A DNA stretch of 64,000 nucleotides from NCBI GenBank assembly GCA_944387435.1, contig CALXEW010000003.1, forward strand, positions 15,777-79,776, given 5' to 3'. The notes under the pieces were generated by a model. It saw nothing but the letters and a program-made list of their open reading frames with translations, did not search any database and was not told the DNA's origin. Both the position numbers and the translations under genes were made by a program. Source of the stretch: an uncultured Clostridia bacterium (GTDB taxonomy: Bacteria; Bacillota; Clostridia; TANB77; CAG-508). Positions 36,894 to 48,737 of the stretch are shown here, in pieces (position 1 is the first letter of the stretch; the number at the start of each line of letters is the position of its first letter).

Positions 36894-39800
36894 TTATAGT
36901 ATCACTTCTATATGATAAATCTTTCTTGAACCATCTAATTTTATTTTATTTTCTACTTCATTGTTATCCAAAATTACCTTTTCTACTCCTCTATTTTTTC
37001 CATTTGGATTTTTTACATTTATATGATATATGCTATCTTTCCACTTATATTGTATTTGGTATTCTTTCCAATCTTTTGGAATACAAGGGTCAATCGTAAG
37101 ATAACCATTTTCAACCTTTAACCCCAAAATATATTCAATTCCAGCTTTATAATACCAACTACTAGAACCTGTATACCAAGTCCATCCACCGCGACCCACA
37201 AGATTTCCTTGTCCATAAATATCTGCTGCTATAACATATGGTTCTACTTTATATTTATTAGAAGCATCTTTAGTTCTTGAATGTTCTATTGGATTTATCA
37301 TTCTATGAAACTCTAAAGCCTTGTCTCCAAAACCAAGCATGCTTTCTGCAATAACAACCCAGATAGCTGCATGAGTATATTGACCCCCATTTTCTCTTAC
37401 TCCTGGCAAATACGCTTTAATATAACCTGGCTCTAGTTTTCCTTTTTCAAAAGGGGGATCTAATAATTTAATAATTCCATTTTCCCTGTCTACTAAATGA
37501 TTTTCTAAACTTTCCATAGAAATATATTTTTTATCATTATCACCTGCGTTTGAAATAATACTCCAACTTTGTGCAATACTGTCTATTCTACATTCTTCAT
37601 TTGCCATACTTCCTAATATACTTCCATCATCCATATATGCTCTTTTATACCATCTTCCATCCCATCCTTTTGTATTTAAAGCTCTTTTTAGTTCTTGTTT
37701 TATTTTTTCATATTTATTTGCTAATTCTTCGTCTCCTTTATTTTTACATATAGGAATGAAATTATCCAAGATATTATATAAGAAAAATCCAAGCCAAATA
37801 CTTTCACCTTTACCTTTATTCCCTACAGTACTAAATCCATCATTCCAGTCTCCAGAACCAATCTTCGGAAGTCCATTTTCTCCAAAATTTAATGACCTTT
37901 CAATTGCTCTTATGCAGTGACTATATATACTTCCTAATTCTTCACTTTCCAGATATTTATCATATTTTTCATCTTCTCCTTCTTTTAAATTTTCCCCTTT
38001 TAGGAAATGTGTTTCAATGTCTAATATACTCTTATCACCTGTAAATCTAATATATTCAATTGTTAAAAATACAAGCCATAATAAATCATCTGAAAATCTT
38101 GTCCTAATACCTCTTCCTGTTTCTTCATGCCACCAATGTTCTACATCTCCTTCTATAAATTGATGTTTACTGTGTTTTATTATTTGATTTTTCATAATAT
38201 TACTATCCAAATATTTCAAACCCAAAGTATCTTGAAGTTGATCTCTAAAACCAAAAGCTCCTCCTGATTGGTAATATCCGCTTCTTCCAAGAAGCCTACT
38301 TACAATTGTTTGATACATAACCCAACCATTTAATAATATATTAGTAGATTCTATAGGAGTATAAACTTGTAATCTTTCTAAAATATCTTTCCAATTGTTT
38401 TTAGATGATAGCAATTCTTGTTTACAATTATTCAACTTACTATATTTATAAGCAATATTTTTACAATCAATTAAATTTTCATCTGCACCTAATACAAATG
38501 CAATTTCCTTATTTGAGAAGCTTTCAATCTCTACATCAACTTCAATCACCATACAAGATTTTTTGCCTAAACCACTATCATTATTTAACCTTACTTTTTT
38601 TATTCCTTGTGGATTCGAAAGTCCACCTATACCTAAAAATGAATTTTTATCTCCAGTAAAAGATTCTATTTTTTCACTACAAGACAAATATATAAAATAA
38701 TCTTCTTCTCTTTTATAAAGATTTTTACTATATAAAATATTGTTGTTCCTATCTAACTTTGTTTCTAAATATCCATCTGTTTTTATTTCATCTTCTCCTG
38801 CTACTTGTTTTATATAATAATATAATTTTAATTTCTTTCTATTTGGAGTCGTATTCTTTAAATTTAAAATACTTACCTTACAAGAATCTTCTTTTGGAAC
38901 AAACATCTCTAACTCTTGTTCTATTCCTGAACTTTTGTGTATATATTTTACATATCCAAATCCATATATTACATTATAATTTCTATTGTCTGGCATCGGA
39001 TTTAAGCCTAATGACCAAGCTTTTCCATTTTCTTCTTTTACATAGATAATCTCACTTGGTATATCTAAACTAGGATTATTATCCCATGCTGTTACTCTAT
39101 TTAATCTACTATTTTTAAACCAAGTATAGCCACCCATATTTTCTGTTACAACTGTTCCAAACTTTTCATTTGCTAGAATATTGCACCAAACAGTTGGAAG
39201 CCTATTTTCCTTATTAACTCTTATTAAATACTCTTTTCCGTCTTCAGAAAATCCTCCATATTCGTTAAAATATTTTAACTTTTCTTTGTTTTCTAAAATA
39301 TCAATATCGTCATTTTCTTCTTCATAAATTACTAAATTAGTTTCGTTGTCATTCACTAACTTATATTTATCTAAATATTCCTCTTCTAAATCTCTTATAT
39401 TATTTTCTAATCCACCTCTTGTTCCGTCAACTGTCACAGTCGCAATTAATTCCAACAAACAAATATCTTTTTTATCCACTTCTCCTTTTATAAGCGTAAA
39501 AATTCCACCTTTTATATTTTTTAAATATGACATATGATGGTTTAATATTTCATTTTCTATTTCTTCTCTCACATAATTTTCATAACTGTGTTTTTCTTCG
39601 TCTAAAATAACTATTTCTGTATCTACGTTCTTTGTTCTAAAAAACTCATATGCTTTTAACACATCTTTTATAATATAACTATCATTCACATCTTTAATTT
39701 TTACTAATATAATAGGCAAATCTCCTGATATTCCATATTTCCAAAGATTACTTTGTTTATACTCTCCTGGATTTATCTTTTTCAACTTTTCAGATTTTAC

Positions 39801-42800
39801 AGGATTATCAAATATTATATAAGAAAGTATTTTTTGATATATGGCGATTTCTTTTCCCTTTACTCTTAAATATCTACTTTCTGCTTCTACTCTTGCTTTT
39901 GATAATTCAAATTCATTTTTCACATTTTCATATACTTTATATTTTTCCAAGTTTTGTTTTACTTTTTCTATTTTTTCTCCTACACTTAGTATAAAATCAA
40001 CATATACTTTATCTTGAGCTTTTATTTTAACAGTCCTTTTCAAAGCAACAATCGGCTCTGTAACTAATCCTATATTTTTAGATAATGGAATTCCCTTTTC
40101 TATCATTTTAGGAACTCCAAGATTTCCTCTTCCAATGAACTTCGATTCGCTAATTTCATACTCTAAATACCCAATTGTTTGACTATTTGTGGATAACGTA
40201 GCTTCTAAATATATTTCTTTTGCATTTTGTTCTCTTCTTTTTCTTTTTATTATTAATCCATTTGTTTCCTCGTCATATTTCGTTATTAAAAATAAATTAT
40301 TAAATACAGGATGTGCATAATCCTCTTCTTTTTTTGATAATACAGGTTCAAAATACACAGTTATTTCTACTATTTCTTCTTCATTTCCCTGATTTTCTAA
40401 TATTACTCTTCTTAATTCTACCGGTTCATTTGAGCTAATTGTCGTTTTTATTTTAGTTTTTATATTTCCATCTAATATTTCTTGTTCATCCTTATCTGGC
40501 ATGAAACTTATTTGATAACTACTTTTATCGTTAAACGAATAATTGGAACTCCATAATCTTTTCGTCTTAATATTTTTCATAACAAAAAATATTCCTTGTG
40601 AATAATCTTCCGTTGGCTTATAACGGTTTATATAAATATCTTTATATTTACTTACTCCTTCACCTTTTTGGTTCATTGCTATTACATAATCTTCACTTGA
40701 TATAATATTTCCTGCAATCAATCTGCCATCTATTTTGTTATAAGTTGTTTTAATATAATTTTCATAATCTTTATACTTTAATTTTTCTATTTTTTCTTTC
40801 TTTTCTTTAGTTATAATTGCTGTTTCTGGCATTGTTTCTTGTAATAATATACTTACTGCAACTAACTCTGGGTTTTCCATAAATCTCTTTGCCATTATTT
40901 TGTTATTAAATAGATTATTAATTGAAACAAGAATCAATCCCTGATGGTGTGCCATATAAGTTTTCACAACACTAGATGTTTTTCCTTTTTCTACTCTTTC
41001 TGGTGTATAATCTATTGATTCATAAAACCCAAATTTATCGTACATACCTTCTTGCTCTAACTTTTTCAAGTTTTCTACTTCTTCTTTTGGGCAATCCGAA
41101 ATTGCTAAAATACTTCCATAGCTAGATACAACAAGCTCGTCTCCCAATCCTCTTTTTAATCCTAACCACGGTATACCAAAAGCTTTATATTGATAGTTTG
41201 ATTTTAAATCTTTTACATTAAAAGCTGCTTCAGATATCCCCCATGGTATGTTTAGCTTTTTAGCATATTCTTTTTGACTCATAATCATAAATTTACAAGA
41301 CTCATCAAGAAGACTTCCTTGGTACCTTGGTATGTTTATATCTGGCATCAAATATTCAAAAGCTGTACCTGACCAAGAAATTAGTCCTTTATATTTTCCT
41401 AAAGTTGTTAACGTTCTACTTAGGCTATTCCAATGTTTAGAAGGTACATCTTTTTTAGCAATTGCGATTAAGCTTGCTTGTCTTGCTTCTGATGCTAATA
41501 AATCATAATATGAATCTGTCAGTTTATTTTCTTCTACATTAAATCCAATAGAAAACATTTGTAATTCATTATTATATAATACTGAAAAATCTGTATTTTT
41601 AATTAAATTATCTATTAACATAATTAAATTTTTTAATTCTTCTTGTTCTTTATTTTTCTCTATCTCTTCGTTCTTTATCTCTTGTTCATTTTCCTCTTTT
41701 TTTGTTTCTAACATTTCTTTAAAAAATGACTTAACAACAAAAAGATATCCTACGAAATTACCACTATCTACGGTTGATATATATCTTGGTATTAATGGTT
41801 CTTTTGTTCTAATTTGATACCAATTATATAGATGTCCATTCCATTTAGGAAGACTCTCTATTGTTAATAATATCTCATGTAGTAATTCCAAAGCCCTTTT
41901 TCTATCAATATACCCTAAGTCATTTGCTGATATAACTGCAAGAAGTGACAAACCAATATTTGTAGAAGAAGTTCTTGGAACAACCTTTTCTTTTCTATCT
42001 TCTTGATAATTATCTGTAATTAGATAATTATTTTCTTTAGTTAAATAACCAGCAAAGAAATCCCAAGTTCTTCGTCCTATTTCTTTTACATATTCTTTTT
42101 CATTATTATCCAATTTTTCTACAGCTTTTTCTTCTTTTTTTCCTCTACTTATATACCACATTAAACAAGGTATAATTATCCAAAAGATTCCTAAACAAAT
42201 ACTAAAGATATTTCCAACAAATATACAAATCAATCCTATAATAATATTTATTATCATTTGCTTAATATATGAGAACACATCTTCTTTTGCCTGTTTTTCT
42301 GCTTCTTCTGATGTCATCCATTCTAATAAATGCTTATGTGAAAAAGCTATTCTATAAATACTTATAAAAATAGATTTTAATGATACATATGCCTTATATG
42401 GAAGACAACCTAAAGTTAATATTCCTCTAAAAAAAGAACCCTTTATTCCTGATATCTTTGGAGTAAATGTTTTTTGCTTTTGTTCTCCATTTTTCTTAAA
42501 TACTAAATAATTTGTGAGCTCCAATACAAATGGAAGTATAACTACTAAAATCAATCCTAAGATTATTCCAACTATATTTTTATTATAAATTGTTCCTATT
42601 GACCATGTAAAAATTAGAGAAAACATTATACTTATCTCTAATAAACTTCTTCTAATATTATCTAAAATTTTATATCTAGAAAGTAAATTTAAGTGTTTTT
42701 TAGAAGATACCCATTTTACAATTTGAACGTCTCCTCTTATCCATCTAGAAAGCCTATTCATAAAACTATTATATTTTGTAGGATATCCATCCATAAGCAT

Positions 42801-45045
42801 TATGTCAGAAACTAAAGCACATCTTAAATAACATCCTTCTAGTAAATCATGACTAAGAACAGTATTTTCTGGTATCTGGTCTTTTAATACTTTAGAATAT
42901 ACTTTTAAATCATAAATTCCTTTTCCTGTAAATATTCCCTCTTTAAAATTATCTTGATATAAATCAGATATCGCATTTGTATATGAGTCAATTCCTCCTG
43001 CTCCTGCAAATATTTTTGTAAACAAATTATAATTACTTACATCTAAATTTATTCCAACTCTTGGTTGCATAATTCCATATCCACTAGTTACAACATTTGT
43101 TTTTTCGTCTATTTCTGGCTTGTTTAAAATATGTGCCATGGCGCCTATTAATCCGAAAGCTGAATCTAATATTAAATCTGTATCAGCATCTAACGTAATT
43201 ATATATTTAATATTTTTTAATTCATTTTTTATCTCTTCTTTATCTTCGTAATTTTCTATTGTATTTTCTCTAAAAGGATTGTTAATATTTCCGAGTAAAT
43301 ACTCACCAAACTGCATAAGCATTCCTCTTTTTCTTTCCCAGCCTAAATATGAACCTTCATTTTCATTCCATTCTCTTTTCCTATATATAAAATTAAATAT
43401 AGGTATATTGCTATTTGTTTTATATTTTTCATTTAATATCTTTACTTGTTTTCTTCCTTCTTCTATTACATCTAAATCAAACTCTTCTTCTTTTTTACTA
43501 CTTTCCGTACAATCACCAAGTAAACAAAAATATATATTATCAGATTTATTTGCCAAATAAAATATTTCTAATTTTTTTATTAATCCTTCTACTTTTTCTT
43601 TTGAATTTACAATGGTAGGTATTACTACCATTGTACTATTTTCTTTATCTATTCCGTTTAGAAAAATCTAATTTTGGAACTAATTTGGGTTTAATAATTC
43701 TACTTAATACATAAGATATAATTTGATTTACAACTTCTGATGCTGGTATAAAAAATAATATCCAAGAAACAATTAATATAACTACATTATTTATATTAGC
43801 ATTTAGAACTTTTGCTAAATAAAAAGAAATTACTAAACTAAATACTAATATCACACTAATATAAATTTTAGTTTTCTCTTTTATAGTATTAGAACTCCTT
43901 TTTTTATGTCCTAAAATCTTATATAATTCTTCTATTCCTTCATCTATTAAATAATATCCTATATGACTTTTTTTACCTTTTTCTTTATCCTTATTTGCTA
44001 ATTCTAATAATTTTCTTGTTATATATATCTCTGATATTTTAGTTTTCTTTGATATTTCCTTTATTTTGTTTCTATAGTATTCTTTTGTTTTATTATCCAT
44101 TTTTTCATAAACAGAACAAGGATCTTGTTTTAATAAATCTTCCACTCCATTTATTTTTTCAAATATTTCTAAGAAATTAATCCTTTGTATCTTTTTTATA
44201 CTCGTTATACTATTTCCTATTGATACTTTCCTTACTGCAATATCAAAATGTTCTTTTTTTATAATTTCTGATACTGTAGTTCCTGTAAGCTCTATTGTTT
44301 CTTCTAGCACTTTTAAATAGCTATATCCTTTTTTTCCATATCTTTTTAGTATATAAGACATATATTCCACAAATGAATATTGCATATCATTTAATACATT
44401 CTTTTCTATTTTTTTGAAAGTATTATTTTTAAAAGTCTGTTCCTGCTTTGTTTTATTTTCTATTAATCTTTCTACTATATTTTCTGCTTTATATTTTTCC
44501 ATTTGTGATATATAAATTTTTTCACAAACTTCTCTAATATTTTCAATTATTGCAATTTCTAAGAATATTCCTATATTCCATATTTCTTCCATACTAAGTG
44601 TTTTTTTAGTTTGATAGCTAGCAAGGTAATTTTCTAGATCTTTTCTTTCTATTCTATTGTCTGTATATGCTATTATTTCAGATGCTAAAACATATATTCT
44701 TGCAAATCCTTTATATGATCCATTTGCAATCCCTAAAAAACTTGTATATTTTTTTAGAGTTAACTCCTTTTCAATCTGTTTTACACACTCTTCTATAACA
44801 TATAAATTGTCCAAAAGCCATTCTCCAGCTGGATGTATACTTATACCTAATTTCAAGTGTTCATTTAACAAATTATATACATCTTGTATAACCTTAAAAC
44901 TCTCCAATAGATGTGGTACAGGATAAGTGCTTTTTTCTGATTTACCAACCAAGTTATGACTTGAAGCAATTTTTTGTAAGTGACTTTCCAATTGTTTCTT
45001 ATCCAAAGGCGTTCCATTTATTTTTAATATTTTATCTACTCTCAA
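36894..45045 (-). CDS. Cyclic beta-1,2-glucan synthase-like giant protein (membrane GT domain plus GH94/cellobiose-phosphorylase-like domain), split by a +1 frameshift at an in-frame CGG
   Basis: GT motifs IITLDADTDL and LSRWIRGDVQ, multiple TM helices, C-terminal GH94-like GGWTWYTGSSSWYY. The 466-aa and 2245-aa ORFs join as KLDFSK-GIDKENSTMVVIPT if the C at plus-strand 43656 is skipped. Confidence 0.8.
43654..43656 (-). other. In-frame CGG codon at a +1 shift site (AAA-C-GGA-ATA)
   Basis: It is codon 464 of ORF 43645..45045. The zero frame stops 2 codons later. The +1 frame is continuous with ORF 36894..43631. Confidence 0.8.
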
Positions 45046-45119
45046 AAAAATTCCACTCCTTGTAAATATGTTTTATACATATTGTTTACAAAGAGTGGTA
45101 ATTTTATGCATTTATTAAC

Positions 45120-46148
45120 TTATCTTTCTTCTTCATCGTTTGATATTTCACGATTAATTTGTTCTTCTAATTCTTTTTGAGTCGTTTGCTCAATTTCTAT
45201 AGTTCCATCATCATTACGTACCATTATCCCTGCTGCAAATTCAGATGTTAATGTAAGAGTTTGTCTATATCTTTCTATTACATCTTCTTTATTGAAATCT
45301 CCATCCTTTACATTTCTCTCATTTACTTGTGTATTTACAACAGTTTGTATATATTCTTCTATTGTATTAGAAATTGTTCCATCTCTATTGGCCGAATAGC
45401 TTTCATCTCCATATACAAGTTCTTCGTCCTCTTGATTAATTCTTATAGACTCAACTGTAGGTTCATCGTCACTTGTCCAATTTGATCTAATAGTAACATC
45501 TTCTATATCTACTCCTAAAGTATTAGCTACTTTTGACTTTATAATGTCTAATTGTAAATTTTCTAAATCTTCTCCAATACTTACTAATTCTTCAACATTT
45601 ATATCTCCTTCTAGTCTTTGTTCAAGATTTGTTATTCTTTCTAATGTATCACTATCAATTCCTAGTTCTGCAATATTTTTTCCTGAATTTACTACTTGCT
45701 CTAATGTTATTGGTTGATTTTCTTGGCTTGCATTACTCATATTTGCTCCAATTGCTAATGAACCAGCACCTATTGCAACTACTATTGCTCCTATTATTGC
45801 TAATCTTGAACCTTTAAATTTTTTAGGCTCTCTTCTTAACGTTGGTTTTCTTACTGTTCTTCTTTGAGTTCCCCTTCTTTCGTCTTCAAATACTGCTTGT
45901 ATCTCTCTCAAGTCTGCTGCTCTTTGTTCTGGAGATTTTGAATAATATTTTCTTTCCGCTTCTGCTCTTAATCTTTCATGATTTCGTCTTTGCTGAGGAG
46001 TTCCCGGAGCTATTCTATGACCTATATAACCTATTCTTTCATCAGTATGTCTTGATTGTCTTCTGTCATAATTACTTGTATCTACTTTTAATCCTTCTTT
46101 AAATTCATTTCTTTTTCTTCTATTATTAAAATCTATAACTTCTCCCAT
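45120..46148 (-). CDS. Hypothetical single-pass membrane protein (Arg-rich cytoplasmic N-terminus, acidic external domain)
   Basis: 342 aa. TM helix LAIIGAIVVAIGAGSLAIGA. AGGAGGAAG RBS. Confidence 0.6.
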   Translation of the reverse strand: MGEVIDFNNRRKRNEFKEGLKVDTSNYDRRQSRHTDERIGYIGHRIAPGTPQQRRNHERLRAEAERKYYSKSPEQRAADLREIQAVFEDERRGTQRRTVRKPTLRREPKKFKGSRLAIIGAIVVAIGAGSLAIGANMSNASQENQPITLEQVVNSGKNIAELGIDSDTLERITNLEQRLEGDINVEELVSIGEDLENLQLDIIKSKVANTLGVDIEDVTIRSNWTSDDEPTVESIRINQEDEELVYGDESYSANRDGTISNTIEEYIQTVVNTQVNERNVKDGDFNKEDVIERYRQTLTLTSEFAAGIMVRNDDGTIEIEQTTQKELEEQINREISNDEEER

Positions 46149-46239
46149 AACCGCTTCCTCCTTTGCATATTACTACACTTCTATTATACCACTTTTAACA
46201 AAAAAAAGCAAAATTTGTGTACTCTTGCACTTATTTTGC

Positions 46240-46977
46240 TTAAAGTTCATAAAAATATTCTATTATTCCATTGTAAATTCCCCAAGCTAATCTTTCTTGA
46301 TAATTATCTTCTAAAAGTTGTTTTTCTTCTTCTGGATTTGATAAAAATCCACATTCTACAATAGATATAGGTATCTCAACATTTTTCATAATGTATACAC
46401 TATTTAGCTTCATTTCAACTCTATTGTTTTCTTTTTCTATTGCTTCATTTAGGCTTTCTTGAATACTTTTAGCTAAATCAATACTTTTTTCATTTTTAGT
46501 ATTATAAAAACATTGCCACCCATAATATTGTGACTGAGATATTTTATTTAAATGAATAGATACAAATATATCTGCCGAAGATTCATTTCCTATTTTTACT
46601 CTATTTTTAATATCAGATACTTTCTTCTGTCTTAATGTTTTACTATCTAAATCATAAATAGCATTATTATCTGAACGAGTTAAAATAACATTACATCCAC
46701 TTTGTTCTAATAACTTTTGCACTTTTAATGTTATTTTCAAATTTGTTTCCGCCTCTGTTGTCCCATCTTTTGCTTCTGCTCCTTCATCTGGTGTTCCATG
46801 TCCTGCATCTAATATAACAGTTTTTCCTGATACCGGCGTTGCCGTTGTTTCTACTGTTTCATTTTTTATATTATTATTCTGATTTTTTACAACACTACAA
46901 GAAAATGCAAATAAAGAAATTAGCAAAAATCCCAATATTATTTTTATTCTTTTTTGACTTATAATAAGCATATACAT
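46240..46977 (-). CDS. cwlD: N-acetylmuramoyl-L-alanine amidase, CwlD-like (Amidase_3)
   Basis: ILDAGHGTPDEGA, FVSIHLN, ECGFLSNPEEE. Size and N-terminal anchor are typical of germination-specific CwlD. Confidence 0.8.
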   Translation of the reverse strand: MYMLIISQKRIKIILGFLLISLFAFSCSVVKNQNNNIKNETVETTATPVSGKTVILDAGHGTPDEGAEAKDGTTEAETNLKITLKVQKLLEQSGCNVILTRSDNNAIYDLDSKTLRQKKVSDIKNRVKIGNESSADIFVSIHLNKISQSQYYGWQCFYNTKNEKSIDLAKSIQESLNEAIEKENNRVEMKLNSVYIMKNVEIPISIVECGFLSNPEEEKQLLEDNYQERLAWGIYNGIIEYFYEL

Positions 46978-47033
46978 ACCTCTCTTATAATATGTATATT
47001 ATCTATTTACCCTTTTTAGAACTAATTTTGTAT

Positions 47034-48728
47034 TTATTCTAGCTCTACTATTTTTACATCTTTTATTTTCTTTATTTTCTCAATTATATATTTTAAATCT
47101 ATTTTTGATTTTGATTCAATCGTAAGTTTTATTTTGGCTTGTTTATCTAAAACATCTGCTTCTAAACTTTCTATATTTATTTTATTTTTCGTAAATATAT
47201 CTGTTATTTCTAAGGCTAAATTTTTTCTATCTTTTGCAAATATTTTAAAAATTTCTTTTTTCTTTACTCTTTCTTCATTTTTATTTAACAATTTAACCAT
47301 CATTGTTTTTGCCTTTGCTGTTTTTACTTCTTTTATCCACTCTTCTTGAAAATTTGTTTCTTTTTTTCCTACTTCTATTTCTACTATGTTTCCTGTTTTT
47401 AATTTAGTTATAAATGGCATAGATATACTGTCTATAATACATCTTTTTATATGGTCACCAATTTCTTGATGTATAGTATAGGCAAAGTCTATTGCTGTAG
47501 AACCTTTGGGAAGTACTTTAATATCACCTTTTGGAGTAAATACATAAATTTCGTCATCTAGCACTTCATCTTTTAAAGTTTCTAAAAATCTCTTTGGATT
47601 CTCAATTAAATTTCCTAATTCTAAACTATCTTTAATTCCTGATAAATTATTTTCAAATATTTCCTCTTTATTTTTATCCTTTTCATACATCATATAAGAA
47701 AAATAATTTGTAATCCCATATTTATTTATTTTATTCATTGTATAAGTACATATTTGTGCTTCAAATATTACTCCAGCTTCACCTAACAAAATTTCATGTA
47801 TTGATTGGTATAAATTTTTTCTTGGTAACGCTATATAGTCTTTAAACCCTCCTGGAATTATAGAATATATTGTATTTAAAATTCCTAATATTCTATAACA
47901 CTCTGCTTTTCCTTTTGCTACTATTTTTATAGAAAATAAATCTTTTAACTCACTCATTCCAAGATTTTTTTCTTTAAGCTTTTTATATATGTAGAACAAA
48001 TGCTTTGTTTCAATTTTTACATTTGCTGGTATTTTTTGTCTTCTTAATTCCGATATTATAATATCTTTTGTTTTCTCTAAAAAAACTATATTTTCTTTTA
48101 ATTTTTGTTCTAATTCTTTTGAGATTTTCTCATAATCTTCAGGATACAGGTATTTGAATGCTCCATCTTGTAATTTAATTTTCATATCATACATTCCAAG
48201 TTTATGTGCAATTGGTGCATAAAGTTCTATTGTTTCTTTACTTATAGCTATTTGTCTATCTCTTTTTAAATATTCTAAAGTTCTCACATTATGAAGTCTA
48301 TCAGCTAATTTTAGTATAATAACTCTAATATCTTTTTCCATCGCAATAAACATTTTTTTATAATTTTCTGCTTGTGCTTCTTCTACTGATTTGAATAGCT
48401 TGCTTAGTTTAGTTACTCCTTCTACCAAAGTTGCTACATCTTCTCCAAATGTCATTTTTATATCTTCATAAGTAGCAACCGTATCTTCCACAACATCATG
48501 AAGAAGTGCAGCACATATGGTCGTTGTATCTAATCCAAGTCCTGCTAATATATATGCTACATTTAAAGGATGAACTATATAAGGTTCTCCTGACTTTCTT
48601 TTTTGTTCTTTATGCATTTTATTTGCATATTCATATGCTTTTATTATTTTATTTTTGTCAATATTCCTATTTTTCAATTTTGCTCTATAAACAACATCCT
48701 TTATATTTATATCTTTTGTATTATTCAT
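47034..48728 (-). CDS. RelA/SpoT-homologue (long RSH): intact HD hydrolase, divergent synthetase, TGS and ACT domains
   Basis: HD: HPLNVAYILAGLGLDTTTICAALLHDVVEDT, LADRLHNVRTL. Synthetase-like: FKDYIALPRKNLYQSIHE, EAQICT. TGS: VFTPKGDIKVLPKGSTAIDFAYTIH. Confidence 0.85.
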   Translation of the reverse strand: MNNTKDINIKDVVYRAKLKNRNIDKNKIIKAYEYANKMHKEQKRKSGEPYIVHPLNVAYILAGLGLDTTTICAALLHDVVEDTVATYEDIKMTFGEDVATLVEGVTKLSKLFKSVEEAQAENYKKMFIAMEKDIRVIILKLADRLHNVRTLEYLKRDRQIAISKETIELYAPIAHKLGMYDMKIKLQDGAFKYLYPEDYEKISKELEQKLKENIVFLEKTKDIIISELRRQKIPANVKIETKHLFYIYKKLKEKNLGMSELKDLFSIKIVAKGKAECYRILGILNTIYSIIPGGFKDYIALPRKNLYQSIHEILLGEAGVIFEAQICTYTMNKINKYGITNYFSYMMYEKDKNKEEIFENNLSGIKDSLELGNLIENPKRFLETLKDEVLDDEIYVFTPKGDIKVLPKGSTAIDFAYTIHQEIGDHIKRCIIDSISMPFITKLKTGNIVEIEVGKKETNFQEEWIKEVKTAKAKTMMVKLLNKNEERVKKKEIFKIFAKDRKNLALEITDIFTKNKINIESLEADVLDKQAKIKLTIESKSKIDLKYIIEKIKKIKDVKIVELE

Positions 48729-48737
48729 ATTTTTCTC

